In this document: positions 38,380 through 48,001 of the stretch, piece after piece | Layout of the letters: every line of letters begins with the position of its first letter | Position numbering within the stretch: the first letter of the stretch is position 1 | Assembly: GCA_963695335.1 (NCBI GenBank) | Contig: OY968764.1 | Coordinates: forward strand, 736,001 to 800,000 | DNA from: an uncultured bacterium | GTDB taxonomy: Bacteria; Babelota; Babeliae; Babelales; Vermiphilaceae | Length of the DNA stretch: 64,000 nt | Direction of reading: 5' to 3' | The notes under the pieces: model-generated | Database searches by the model: none | What the model saw: only the letters and a program-made list of their open reading frames with translations | What the model was told of the DNA's origin: nothing | Position numbers and translations under genes: made by a program

Positions 38380-38883
38380 ATGAATATAGCTTACAAAAAA
38401 CTGTCGGCAGTGATTTTTTCTGCAATGGTAACAGCTTCTATGCATGGTATGGAAGATATGGGAGAAGTAACAATAGAGCAAGTGACTCCTGCTGTGTGGT
38501 ATAGAAAAGGATCAGTGCAAGCTGCAGTGGTGGCAACAACAGCATTGGTTGTGGCTGTGGTAGCTCTTCGTGCAGGAAAATTAGCAATACCAGCTTTTAT
38601 GGCAGTGTTGGTTGGAACATCACAAACTGTTGCGGGCCTAGCACCAAACTCTGATGTTTCTGATGAAATCTCAGGACAAACTACTGAAGTTAACAACCAA
38701 GAGATTAAAGTAGGCGAAACTGCAGGGGCGTTGGAATCAACCAATGTACCTCGTAATGTGTTAGACGAAGTAACGGACTTTGTTAAAAATATAAAAATTC
38801 CGGTATGGAATCATCGTAAAGATGTTACAGAAAGTATGACTGCAGATGAATTTGAGCAAATAAATGAAGAATTAGTAAGATAA
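38380..38883 (+). CDS. Secreted hypothetical protein with internal hydrophobic segment
   Basis: Leader ending SMHG-ME; AAVVATTALVVAVVAL segment. Confidence 0.7.
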   Translation: MNIAYKKLSAVIFSAMVTASMHGMEDMGEVTIEQVTPAVWYRKGSVQAAVVATTALVVAVVALRAGKLAIPAFMAVLVGTSQTVAGLAPNSDVSDEISGQTTEVNNQEIKVGETAGALESTNVPRNVLDEVTDFVKNIKIPVWNHRKDVTESMTADEFEQINEELVR

Positions 38884-39015
38884 GTTTCATTCTTATTCAG
38901 CAATTATAAAAGTGTGCTTTTGGGCCTGGCAGGTCTGAAAAAGCACACTTTTTTTGTCTATCGCAATATGTATATTTGTGCTAAAATTATTCCTATAAGT
39001 TATAGGAAAATTATT

Positions 39016-40665
39016 ATGAATAGTATTGACCGAATTCAAAAAGCATTTAATGAACACCTTAAACAGTTATTTCAGCATACTGAAATAACTTCTGATCAAA
39101 CCAAGTTACATATCAATGTTGACGAATCAAAGCAGGCGTTTGGCAATCTTTCAACAAGCATAGCATTGGTGTTAGCCAAAGCATTAAAGCGTGTTCCACG
39201 AGAAGTGGCAACGGAAATTGCAACATTTACCCATCCATTAATAGAAAAAATAGAGATAGCAGGTCCTGGGTTTATTAATATTTATTTTAAGCCAGAAACA
39301 TTTAAACTCCTTGCCAAAGAACTGTACGAACAAAAAGAAACATTCTTTAAACCTGACACATTAGAAAAAAAATATAATGTTTCACTTGAATTTGTGAGTG
39401 CAAATCCAACTGGCCCATTGCATTTTGGTCATGGTAGGGGTGGTATTATTGGTGATGTGCTCGGTAATGTACTCCGTTTTGTAGGTCACAATGTTACGAA
39501 AGAATTTTATATCAATGATGCGGGTAACCAGATACAAAAATTAGGCGAATCATTCAAAGTGCGTTGTTTGCAAGCAGCGGGAATGGATGCAACTATCCCA
39601 GAAGATGGGTATCATGGACAGTATTTGGCTGATCTTGCGCAAGACTGTTACGCAGAATTTGGGCAAAAGTTGTTTGAAAAGCCCGATTCTTTTTTTGCTG
39701 AATATGCCAAAGATAATCTTTTGCAGGCACTACAAAATACACTTAAAGATTATGGCATTGAGTATGATGTTTGGTTCTCTGAAAAAACGCTGCATGCAAG
39801 TGATGCAATACCCAAAGCGTTAAAAGTTTTGCAAGCACATGGTTTACTGTTTGAGCACGATGGGGCTTTGTGGTTTAAGACAACTCAATTTGGTGATGAC
39901 AAAGACCGTGTGGTACAAAAATCAACGGGTGAATATACCTATATTGCCGCCGATATTGCGTATCTACAAAATAAGATTGATCGTGGAGCTGATAATGTGA
40001 TGATGGTTCTTGGTCATGATCATCATAGTTATGTAATGCGTCTTAACGCAGTCAAAAATGGACTTGGTTACACAGACCTTCCACTTTCAGTGATTTTGTA
40101 CCAGCTGGTTAAAATATCAGAAGGTGGGGCATTGGTACGTATGTCAAAACGTGCTGGGGCAATTGTTGGTTTGCAAGACATTATCGATACGGTTGGCAAA
40201 GATGTTGCTCGCTTTTTTTATTTAAACCGTAAAGCGGATGCACAGCTTGAGTTTGATCTTGAGTTAGCGCTTAAAAAAACAGAAGAAAATCCGGTGTATT
40301 ATGTACAATATGCATATGTGCGCACGGGTAGTATTTTGGCAAAAGCGGTGGCGCAAACAGAATTGAGTAATATTACCGCTGCAGATGCGCAGCATATTGG
40401 TCAAGAAGAAGCGTTTTTACTCAAAAAGATAGTGTTTCTTGAGCAACTGTTGATGGATATTACCATAAATCATCAGACACATTTGTTGACCTATTATGTG
40501 CTTGAGCTTGCACAGCTGTTCCACCGTTATTATAGTCATGTGCGTGTTATTGATATGGAAAATATTGAAAAAAGCCGAGCACGTTTGCTGATGATCGGTT
40601 TATTAAGAAATACGATTGCGCTTGTCTTGGATATTCTTGGGGTGAGTCATCCAGAAAAAATGTGA
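39016..40665 (+). CDS. argS: Arginine--tRNA ligase
   Basis: EFVSANPTGPLHFGHGR, MSKRAG and YVQYA motifs. Confidence 0.97.
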   Translation: MNSIDRIQKAFNEHLKQLFQHTEITSDQTKLHINVDESKQAFGNLSTSIALVLAKALKRVPREVATEIATFTHPLIEKIEIAGPGFINIYFKPETFKLLAKELYEQKETFFKPDTLEKKYNVSLEFVSANPTGPLHFGHGRGGIIGDVLGNVLRFVGHNVTKEFYINDAGNQIQKLGESFKVRCLQAAGMDATIPEDGYHGQYLADLAQDCYAEFGQKLFEKPDSFFAEYAKDNLLQALQNTLKDYGIEYDVWFSEKTLHASDAIPKALKVLQAHGLLFEHDGALWFKTTQFGDDKDRVVQKSTGEYTYIAADIAYLQNKIDRGADNVMMVLGHDHHSYVMRLNAVKNGLGYTDLPLSVILYQLVKISEGGALVRMSKRAGAIVGLQDIIDTVGKDVARFFYLNRKADAQLEFDLELALKKTEENPVYYVQYAYVRTGSILAKAVAQTELSNITAADAQHIGQEEAFLLKKIVFLEQLLMDITINHQTHLLTYYVLELAQLFHRYYSHVRVIDMENIEKSRARLLMIGLLRNTIALVLDILGVSHPEKM

Positions 40666-40670
40666 GTTAA

Positions 40671-40811
40671 CGCGCTCGTCCTGAGCTTGTCGAAGGATAT
40701 CTTTGAGTGCGTTTAATTCTTCAACCTGCCTTCGCCAAGGCTATGGCAGGCACGGCAAGTTCTCAAGGCAGGTGTTTACTGCTGAGCTTGACGAAGCATC
40801 AGAATGAGCGC
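40671..40811. repeat. Family A dimer with nested family B and A-like inserts
   Basis: Second arm interrupted by CCTGCCTTCGCCAAGGCTATGGCAGGCACGG. Confidence 0.75.
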
Positions 40812-40901
40812 CTTGAAGAAAAACTTGATAACTGTTGATAAAATGCCTATTTGTGGCACAATTAAAAATATAAGAATTATATAAATATATAGGAAGATCT
40901 T

Positions 40902-41495
40902 ATGAAAATAGATAAAGAAGTATTGCAAGAATTAAGAGATCATACTGGTCTTGGTCTTATGGATTGCCGTAAAGCATTGGAAGAAACAGCGGGCGATTTT
41001 CAACAAGCATTAGATTTGCTTCGTAAAAAAGGCGCAGCAGTTGCAGCTAAACGTTCTGATAAAGAAACTGGCGAAGGTATTATCAAGGCGTACGTTCATC
41101 CAGGTGATCGCATTGGTGTTTTACTCGAAATTAATTGCGAAACTGATTTTGTTGCAAATACTGAAGCTGTAAGACAGTTTGCACAAGATCTTTGTTTACA
41201 AATTGTTGCAAATAAAGCAATGTATGTATCATCTGAACAAGTTGATCAAGATTTATTAGCAAAAGAAAAAGAGATTTTTAGAGCTCAAATGGTAGATTCA
41301 GGTAAGCCTGACAAGATTATCGACCAAGTAGTTGAAGGTAAAGTTAAAAAACTTTACAGCGATATTTGCCTTCTTGAACAACCGTTTATCAAAAATGACC
41401 AATTCACTGTTAAACAGGTGTTAGAAGACTTGATTGCCAAAACCGGTGAAAGTGTACGTATTAGAAGATTTTGCCGCTTTGAATTAGGCAAGTAA
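40902..41495 (+). CDS. tsf: Elongation factor Ts (short form)
   Basis: LRDHTG.GLMDCRKAL, NCETDFVA and RRFCRFELG motifs. Confidence 0.97.
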   Translation: MKIDKEVLQELRDHTGLGLMDCRKALEETAGDFQQALDLLRKKGAAVAAKRSDKETGEGIIKAYVHPGDRIGVLLEINCETDFVANTEAVRQFAQDLCLQIVANKAMYVSSEQVDQDLLAKEKEIFRAQMVDSGKPDKIIDQVVEGKVKKLYSDICLLEQPFIKNDQFTVKQVLEDLIAKTGESVRIRRFCRFELGK

Positions 41496-41516
41496 CAGCA
41501 GATAAGGGGCACTATT

Positions 41517-42104
41517 ATGTCAGAGATTATTTTAATAGAAAATGATATAAAAAGTTTCCAAAAACCAATGGAAATTGAGATGGAAAATCCGCTCAGACAT
41601 TTTGAGCGTGAATTGGTTAAAATTCGTACAGGTAGAGCGCATACATCGATGATTGAAGATATTCCTGTGATGGTGTATGGACAAGATTCAGTGCCGCTCA
41701 AAGGGCTTGGCACTGTTTCAGCTCCCGATGCGCGTTTGTTGACAGTACAACCATGGGATTCATCAATTATTTCTGATATTGAAAAAGCGATTGTTGCAGC
41801 AGGTGTTGGTGTTTCTCCAGTTAATGATGGCAAAATCATTAGATTACGTTTGCCTGAGATGAGTTCTGAAAGACGTGAAGAGTTAGTAAAAATGCTTCAC
41901 AAAAAGCTTGAAGAATGCCGAGTTATCATTAGAAACGTTCGTAAAGACTTTAAAAATCTTATTACTGACGCTAAAAAAGATAAGAAAATTTCTGAAAATT
42001 TCTACAATAGATTGGAAGAAGTATTGCAAAAAATTACTGATTCATACATTGAAAAAGTAGAAAGCATGTCTAAGAAAAAAGAAGTAGAATTATCTACGGT
42101 CTAA
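41517..42104 (+). CDS. frr: Ribosome recycling factor
   Basis: IRTGRA, VQPWD, PVNDG, ERREE and IRNVR motifs. Confidence 0.97.
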   Translation: MSEIILIENDIKSFQKPMEIEMENPLRHFERELVKIRTGRAHTSMIEDIPVMVYGQDSVPLKGLGTVSAPDARLLTVQPWDSSIISDIEKAIVAAGVGVSPVNDGKIIRLRLPEMSSERREELVKMLHKKLEECRVIIRNVRKDFKNLITDAKKDKKISENFYNRLEEVLQKITDSYIEKVESMSKKKEVELSTV

Positions 42105-42206
42105 AATTCTTAGCAGAATGAATATAAAGAGAGCGAGTGATTATTTTTATAATCGCTCGCTTTTTTGTTGGTAGAGAGTGTAAGGTAAGCTTAAATTATG
42201 AAATCC

Positions 42207-42277
42207 TGCGCTCATTCTGAACTTGTTGAAGAATTAAGCGCTCGAAGATATCCTTCGACAAGCTCAGGACGAGCGCA
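42207..42277. repeat. Inverted dimer of family A palindromes
   Basis: TGCGCTCATTCTGAACTTGTTGAAG...CCTTCGACAAGCTCAGGACGAGCGCA. Confidence 0.8.
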
Positions 42278-42288
42278 GCGAAGGAATC

Positions 42289-43575
42289 ATGAAAAGGGCA
42301 ATGATGAAAAAAATGATAGTTATTGCGATGATGGTAATTATTACTAGTAGTTCTGATGCCAAGGTAATGAAAAGAATGAGTGATGTACAAGCAGTGTTAT
42401 CACGTCCTGCCGTGGCACCAGCTCCAATTCCAGTATCTGTGCCAAAAGTTGATCAGGATGCCATTACAAAAAGACTAGACGAACAGTTACGTTTTCCCGT
42501 GGAAAGTGCATGGAATGATAGAATTAATGATTTATTTGATCTTGCGATGGTAAATCGAGAGCTAGCGCGTGATTATTTTATAAAAATGCGATCAAAAATG
42601 GAGAGTGCGGAAGTTAGGCCTCTTGATGTTGAAGAGAAAAAACCAACAGAATCCATGTTGCCGGCAGGCGTAGAACCAATGAAAAAAGGGACAAAGCCTG
42701 CACCTAAACCGGCTGCTCCAAAAGCACAAGTAACTGAAGGTCCTAAAGCTGAAGTAATAGAATCTACATTGCCGGCTGGTGAAGAGCCAATGAAAAAATC
42801 TACAGGAAGACCAGCTCCTCAACGTAAACCAGCTGTACCAAAAGCAGAAGCAACTGAAGCTCCTAAAGTTGAAACACCTGAAATTCCATCTGGTGAAGAA
42901 ATGAAAAAAGGCACCAGACCTGCACCTTCAAGAAAACCTGGTGCTCCATCTGGTGGTCCTAAAAAAGCATTAACACCAGCAAAAGGAGAAGCGGCAAAGC
43001 CTGTGGCTTCTAAAGAGACAGCACCAAAAGTTGTTGAACAAATTTTTAGTGTGTCAAGGTTACAACAATTAGATAATGATAAACTCATGGAATTGTTGAA
43101 TGATCTTTTAGAAAAATTGGGAACAGTGCCAAGTAATTGGAATGGTATGATAGTTGAAAGGGTAGAAGAAAAAACTCAATACAGCTCTAAAATTCGTAAT
43201 GTATATGGAGCCCCGGTTGCAAAATGGACTAACGATATAAATACTTTGAAAAAAGTGATTATTTCTAAAAATATAATGCCTGAAGCAGAAGTTACACAAA
43301 AAATAGCTGATAGGATTGCACAGGTAAGAGCTGAAAAAAATGTAAAGCCTGCAGTGTCTACCCAGCCAGAAGAAAAGCCAAAAGAAGAGTTAACAGAAGA
43401 AGATTTAGTAAAATTGATTAAGGCGCAGTTAGCAGATCCTAAAGCAGATCAAATTGGTTGGGTTGTTTCTATAAAGGGTAATATAAAAGCGCTTGATAAG
43501 TTAAATCATGATGCAGCAATGCAATATCATGATCAATTTATTAAACTTACAAAAGAAAGACCGTTTTTGAAATAA
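42289..43575 (+). CDS. Secreted Pro/Lys/Ala-rich repeat protein
   Basis: Signal peptide; three imperfect P(A/S)G.E(P)MKK.T..PAP repeats. Confidence 0.75.
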   Translation: MKRAMMKKMIVIAMMVIITSSSDAKVMKRMSDVQAVLSRPAVAPAPIPVSVPKVDQDAITKRLDEQLRFPVESAWNDRINDLFDLAMVNRELARDYFIKMRSKMESAEVRPLDVEEKKPTESMLPAGVEPMKKGTKPAPKPAAPKAQVTEGPKAEVIESTLPAGEEPMKKSTGRPAPQRKPAVPKAEATEAPKVETPEIPSGEEMKKGTRPAPSRKPGAPSGGPKKALTPAKGEAAKPVASKETAPKVVEQIFSVSRLQQLDNDKLMELLNDLLEKLGTVPSNWNGMIVERVEEKTQYSSKIRNVYGAPVAKWTNDINTLKKVIISKNIMPEAEVTQKIADRIAQVRAEKNVKPAVSTQPEEKPKEELTEEDLVKLIKAQLADPKADQIGWVVSIKGNIKALDKLNHDAAMQYHDQFIKLTKERPFLK

Positions 43576-43630
43576 TAGAACTTTATTTTATTTAAATTTG
43601 TGGTACATTATTAACTATATTTTGATCTTT

Positions 43631-43706
43631 GGGTTGCTAGCTCAATTGGCAGAGCAACAGACTCTTAATCTGTGGGTTCTTGGTTCGAGTCCAAGGCAGC
43701 CCACCA
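43631..43706 (+). tRNA. tRNA-Lys(CTT)
   Basis: ACAGA-CTCTTAA-TCTGT anticodon arm; GGTTCGAGTCC; CCA. Confidence 0.96.
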
Positions 43707-43874
43707 GTCTACGCTCTAACGAGCTTCGTCTGGCTGGCGCCGCAAGAAAAGAGCTTAGCAAACACAAAAACTTTGATAAAAACAAGTGTAGACTGTCCGA
43801 CGTAGTTCGCTAGAACGTAGACGGACGGAAAAACAGAAAAGCGAAGATCAAAGATAATTTTGAAATAAAATAAT

Positions 43875-43959
43875 GCAAGAGTGGCGGAATTGGCAGACGC
43901 GCTGGACTTAGGATCCAGTACCGAAAGGTGTGTGGGTTCAACTCCCTCCTCTTGCACCA
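43875..43959 (+). tRNA. tRNA-Leu(TAG)
   Basis: CTGGA-CTTAGGA-TCCAG anticodon arm; long variable arm; CCA. Confidence 0.95.
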
Positions 43960-44204
43960 TACTACGCCAAGGCTTCCTCCTTCGCGTAAAGCTTCGGAGG
44001 ACACAGTCGTTTGGCGCGGTTTACCCTTCGTAGCTCGTTAGAGCGCAGTAGGGCTGGAATTAATAAAAAGTCATAATTTTCGCATATAATTTGGATTGGT
44101 GAAAGCCAATCTTTTTTTTGTGTCCTATCTCCATTCACATTTCAAATATACCCTTGCAAATTTTGACTAAGTGATGCAGTCTTTAAAAAAAAAGTTTTAA
44201 GGAG

Positions 44205-45533
44205 GTGTTTACGGTGAAGCAAAAAATTACGTTGGATAATAGCTCTCTTTTGAGCATAGAACATAATTATGATCAGTCTAGTTTGTGTCGGGCAACTATA
44301 ACTGTTGCTAAATCTTTAATTAATACTTTTTTTGATGAAACAGCCGTTGCATTACAAAATAATATTCAGGCATATGGCTTTCAACAAGGAGAGGTTCCCG
44401 TAGAATATATTGGTAAACAGTATAAGTTGAACATTACAGAACATCTGAAAGAATTTTTTTTAAAGTTTGGTATTATCAATTTTCTTTTTCAAGAAATACG
44501 AGCGCAAAAGTTACTTGTTGCAGGCGATCCGCGTCTTGTTGATATTTGTTTAGAATATGACCAAGACGCTCGTTTTATTTTTGAATTAAGTGTTTTTCCC
44601 ATGATTGCGTTGAATGAATGGAAATATTTTCCTTTTAAAGCACCTCACAGAAAGAATTATAAAGATTTAGATCGTCAAGTAGAAACATTTGTTCAAGAAG
44701 AGCAAAAAAATTTAGAAAAATATAGTGTTGATAAAGGAATATCGATTGGTGATTGGATAAATTTTACTGTTTCAGTTGTTAATAATAAATATGCGCCTTT
44801 GAATGAAAATTTTTCTCAGAATTTTTGGTTGAAACTCGATAATGAAGATGTTGAAGGTCATTTACAGTCTCTTTTTCTTGGCAAAAAAAAAGGTGATGAG
44901 TTTATTGTTGGCAATAAAGGTTTACAGGATTATTTTAGTGATCAATTACGTGTTTCTTATAATTTTAAAATACATGTTGTTGATGTTGTGCCACATGTTT
45001 ATTTTTGTTTTGATCAATTTAAAGACCATTTTAGAGTAAAAACTAACAAAGATATGCATAAAAAATTGATTGAAGTATTTTCATATCGTAATGATGTTTC
45101 GCAACGTCTTGCAATGGTTGAAGAAGCTTTTAAGTTATTATTGTCACGACATCGTTTTTTTGCACCAAATTATCTTGTTTTGCGTCAACAAAAAATAATT
45201 TTAGGTGCAATTCAGTCTAATCCAGATTATAATGTGTACAGAAAACAAAAAGATTTTAATTTTTGGATTCAACAGTTAGCTGAAAAACAAGTAAAAGAAA
45301 CGTTACTTATTGATCAGCTGATTTATCGTGAAAATATAGTTGTTACGCATGAAGATATCGTAAATTACTTAAATTTAGATAAACGACAACGTATGCGAGA
45401 ATTTATTTATTTTGGTTTACCAGAATCAAAACATTACGGGCAAGAAATGCCGCTGGTAACAAATGAATTAACTCGCGTATGTGCTCGTGAAAAAGCTATA
45501 AATTATGTGATTTACTATTTAACTAAAAAGTAA
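44205..45533 (+). CDS. tig: Divergent trigger factor-like protein
   Basis: Follows tRNA-Leu; GFQQGEVP resembles GFRxGxxP; GDWINF and LGKKKGDEF FKBP-like elements. Confidence 0.7.
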   Translation: MFTVKQKITLDNSSLLSIEHNYDQSSLCRATITVAKSLINTFFDETAVALQNNIQAYGFQQGEVPVEYIGKQYKLNITEHLKEFFLKFGIINFLFQEIRAQKLLVAGDPRLVDICLEYDQDARFIFELSVFPMIALNEWKYFPFKAPHRKNYKDLDRQVETFVQEEQKNLEKYSVDKGISIGDWINFTVSVVNNKYAPLNENFSQNFWLKLDNEDVEGHLQSLFLGKKKGDEFIVGNKGLQDYFSDQLRVSYNFKIHVVDVVPHVYFCFDQFKDHFRVKTNKDMHKKLIEVFSYRNDVSQRLAMVEEAFKLLLSRHRFFAPNYLVLRQQKIILGAIQSNPDYNVYRKQKDFNFWIQQLAEKQVKETLLIDQLIYRENIVVTHEDIVNYLNLDKRQRMREFIYFGLPESKHYGQEMPLVTNELTRVCAREKAINYVIYYLTKK

Positions 45534-45558
45534 ATATTAATTTAAAAGAAAAACATCG

Positions 45559-46488
45559 ATGGAAAGCAAAACTCACAAACTTATTATTGTTGGTTCAGGA
45601 CCTGCGGGATTAACTGCAGCTATTTATGCGGCCCGTGCAAATCTTGAACCAATTGTTATTGATGGTGATACGCCAGGTGGTCAGTTGATCAAAACATCAT
45701 ATGTTGAAAATTGGCCGGGAGAAAAAAGTATCCTCGGACCACAACTGATGATGAATATGCGTGACCACGCAAAACATTTTGGTACACAATTTGTGTCTGG
45801 CAATGTCACAAGTGTTGATTTTTCACAAAAACCGTTCTCTTTCACCATAGACAATAAAAAAACATTGCGATCCCATGTGGTTATTATTGCAACGGGAGCA
45901 ACTCCAAAACGTCTTGGGGTTCCTGGTGAAGATCAATATTGGGGTAAGGGTGTTACAACCTGCGCGGTGTGTGATGGTGCCTTTTATAAAGATAGAAAAG
46001 TGATTGTTATTGGTGGTGGCGACACAGCCATGGAAGATGCATCATTTTTGAAGAAATTTACCAAAGATATAACCATTATCCATATTTTAGACAAATTTAC
46101 CGCGTCTCATGCTATGCAAGAGCGCGTGATTAATGATCCTGATATTAAGACATATTATAATAGCACTGTTACTGAGATTCATGGCGATGGTAACAAGGTT
46201 ACGGGTGTTACAATGATCAATCAACAAGATGGTACAACGATGCAGCTTGAAGCAGACGGTATTTTTGTGGCTGTTGGGTTGAACCCTAATTCTGCCCCCT
46301 TCAAAGAACATATTACATGCAATAAGGGCGGTTGGATAGAAGTTAATGATCAGACGAGTTCGAACATTAAAGGCGTATTTGTAGCAGGTGATGTACATGA
46401 TTATCGTTATCGTCAAGCAGTAACTGCCGCGGGTGCTGGATGCATGGCAGCGCTTGATGCAGAGCGTTATTTGGCTCATATTGAATGA
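45559..46488 (+). CDS. trxB: Thioredoxin reductase
   Basis: GSGPAG, CAVCDG, GGGDTA and GDV..YRQA motifs. Confidence 0.98.
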   Translation: MESKTHKLIIVGSGPAGLTAAIYAARANLEPIVIDGDTPGGQLIKTSYVENWPGEKSILGPQLMMNMRDHAKHFGTQFVSGNVTSVDFSQKPFSFTIDNKKTLRSHVVIIATGATPKRLGVPGEDQYWGKGVTTCAVCDGAFYKDRKVIVIGGGDTAMEDASFLKKFTKDITIIHILDKFTASHAMQERVINDPDIKTYYNSTVTEIHGDGNKVTGVTMINQQDGTTMQLEADGIFVAVGLNPNSAPFKEHITCNKGGWIEVNDQTSSNIKGVFVAGDVHDYRYRQAVTAAGAGCMAALDAERYLAHIE

Positions 46489-46510
46489 TTTTATATTTTT
46501 AAGGGGTTTC

Positions 46511-46798
46511 ATGATTAAGAATTTGCAGCTTGTGGCATTAGGGGTAGTAGTTTTGCAAGCAGCGGGTATGAATGCTTCGGAGAATAAGGCAACGAATTGT
46601 CCAAGAAGTCAATTGTCTTTATCGGCTGAAATAGCAAAAAGAGCTACAGTAAAGCATCCAGTTGAAATAAATCAGGTGGAAAAGGGTACAAAAAGACAAT
46701 GTCTTAATTTATCTATACCAAGCTATATTGTATTAGAAAGGCGTGATTGGCACGCAGAGTTACAGAAAAATCCTGATCTTGCATGGTTACCGATTTAA
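46511..46798 (+). CDS. Small secreted protein
   Basis: AAGGGG RBS; leader MIKNLQLVALGVVVLQAAGMNA. Confidence 0.7.
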   Translation: MIKNLQLVALGVVVLQAAGMNASENKATNCPRSQLSLSAEIAKRATVKHPVEINQVEKGTKRQCLNLSIPSYIVLERRDWHAELQKNPDLAWLPI

Positions 46799-46806
46799 GG
46801 AATGTT

Positions 46807-47130
46807 ATGTTTAAGAATTTGCAGCTTGTTGTATTAGGAGTAGTAGTCTTGCAAGCAGCGGGTATGAATGCTATGGAAAATAAGTCTCAAACTTCCCCAC
46901 AAACGCCAAGAAGTCCATTGTCTTGTTCACAGCAAGCAAGACGTGATAGCGGTGATTTTCCAACTGTAGCAGGATTGAAACGCTCTCTTGAAAAACGTAA
47001 AGAAGAGCCAAACAGTACCTCATATGCGTATTATCCATGGCCTGGAGGTAACCCGGACTATTTTAACCGCCAGATTAGCGTGACAGACCAAATGAAACCT
47101 TGGTCACCCCATCACTTTTATGGTGTTTAG
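46807..47130 (+). CDS. Small secreted protein, paralog of the upstream gene
   Basis: Leader MFKNLQLVVLGVVVLQAAGMNA-ME, nearly identical at DNA level. Confidence 0.7.
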   Translation: MFKNLQLVVLGVVVLQAAGMNAMENKSQTSPQTPRSPLSCSQQARRDSGDFPTVAGLKRSLEKRKEEPNSTSYAYYPWPGGNPDYFNRQISVTDQMKPWSPHHFYGV

Positions 47131-47220
47131 ATAAAGACTCTATTCTAAAGTAATAAATTTGAAATTATATCATTTTTGCTTTAGAATAGAGATATAAGTT
47201 GATTTATAGCGGAGAAGATT

Positions 47221-47367
47221 ATGTCATTGACCGTATCCAAAAAAAGTAATATTAAACGTCGCAGAAAGCATGGCTTTCTTAAAAGAATGAGCACAAAAGA
47301 TGGAAGAAAGATCATCAACCGTCGCCGTGCATCAGGTCGTAAACGTTTAGCACCAAGCAAATACTAA
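47221..47367 (+). CDS. rpmH: 50S ribosomal protein L34
   Basis: Hand translation ...[32 protein letters not shown]. Confidence 0.95.
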   Translation: MSLTVSKKSNIKRRRKHGFLKRMSTKDGRKIINRRRASGRKRLAPSKY

Positions 47368-47376
47368 AAAGCTTGC

Positions 47377-47442
47377 CCTTCGTCCTTCGACAGGCGTACA
47401 TCCTTCGCTAAAAGCTTCGGAGCACACGGCAGGATGAGCGGG
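47377..47442. repeat. Family A palindrome with nested family B insert
   Basis: CCTTCGACAGGC|..CCTTCGCTAAAAGCTTCGGAGCACACGG|CAGGATGAGCGG. Confidence 0.75.
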
Positions 47443-47477
47443 AAGAAGCGAAGTAGGGTTTATCTGAGTAAAATTAT

Positions 47478-47816
47478 ATGTCGGGCATTGTAGGAAAGAT
47501 TTCAAAATTCACCAAACGGGAAATAGATTATCTTTTTAGCAATGCCCGACGTGTTGTTAGAAATCAATTTTGTACTGTTTTGGTTGCTCTTCGTCAAAAA
47601 GAAGATTTTGGCAGAGTTTTGATTGTTGTGTCACGTGCGGTTGGTAATGCTCCGGAACGTAATTTGATCCGACGACGTGTTAAATCTATTTTTTATGAAG
47701 AAAAGTTGTTTGAGCATAATTTTGATTGTGTTGTTATAGCACATAAAAAAATGACAACGCTTTCTTTTGAGCAGATTAAGAAAATGTTGCTAGCGGCGTA
47801 TGAAAATCTTCAATAA
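47478..47816 (+). CDS. rnpA: RNase P protein component
   Basis: VSRAVGNAPERNLIRRR motif; follows rpmH. Confidence 0.92.
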   Translation: MSGIVGKISKFTKREIDYLFSNARRVVRNQFCTVLVALRQKEDFGRVLIVVSRAVGNAPERNLIRRRVKSIFYEEKLFEHNFDCVVIAHKKMTTLSFEQIKKMLLAAYENLQ

Positions 47817-47982
47817 ATTAATAATTTTTTTAATTGTCGGCTTTCGTCCATTATTTGGAATAGCTCATTGTAAATATCCTGTAAGTTGTACGCAATTTGC
47901 TACAGAGCAGTTGCAAACCAATTCATTATTGCCGGCGGTGTGGGCAATAATCAAACGTGTTTTGTCGTGTAATCCTTTTTAA
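47800..47982 (+). CDS. yidD: Membrane protein insertion efficiency factor
   Basis: CKYPVSCTQFA...KRVLSCNPF. Confidence 0.85.
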   Translation: MKIFNKLIIFLIVGFRPLFGIAHCKYPVSCTQFATEQLQTNSLLPAVWAIIKRVLSCNPF

Positions 47983-48001
47983 TCCCATTGGGGAGACTCT
48001 T

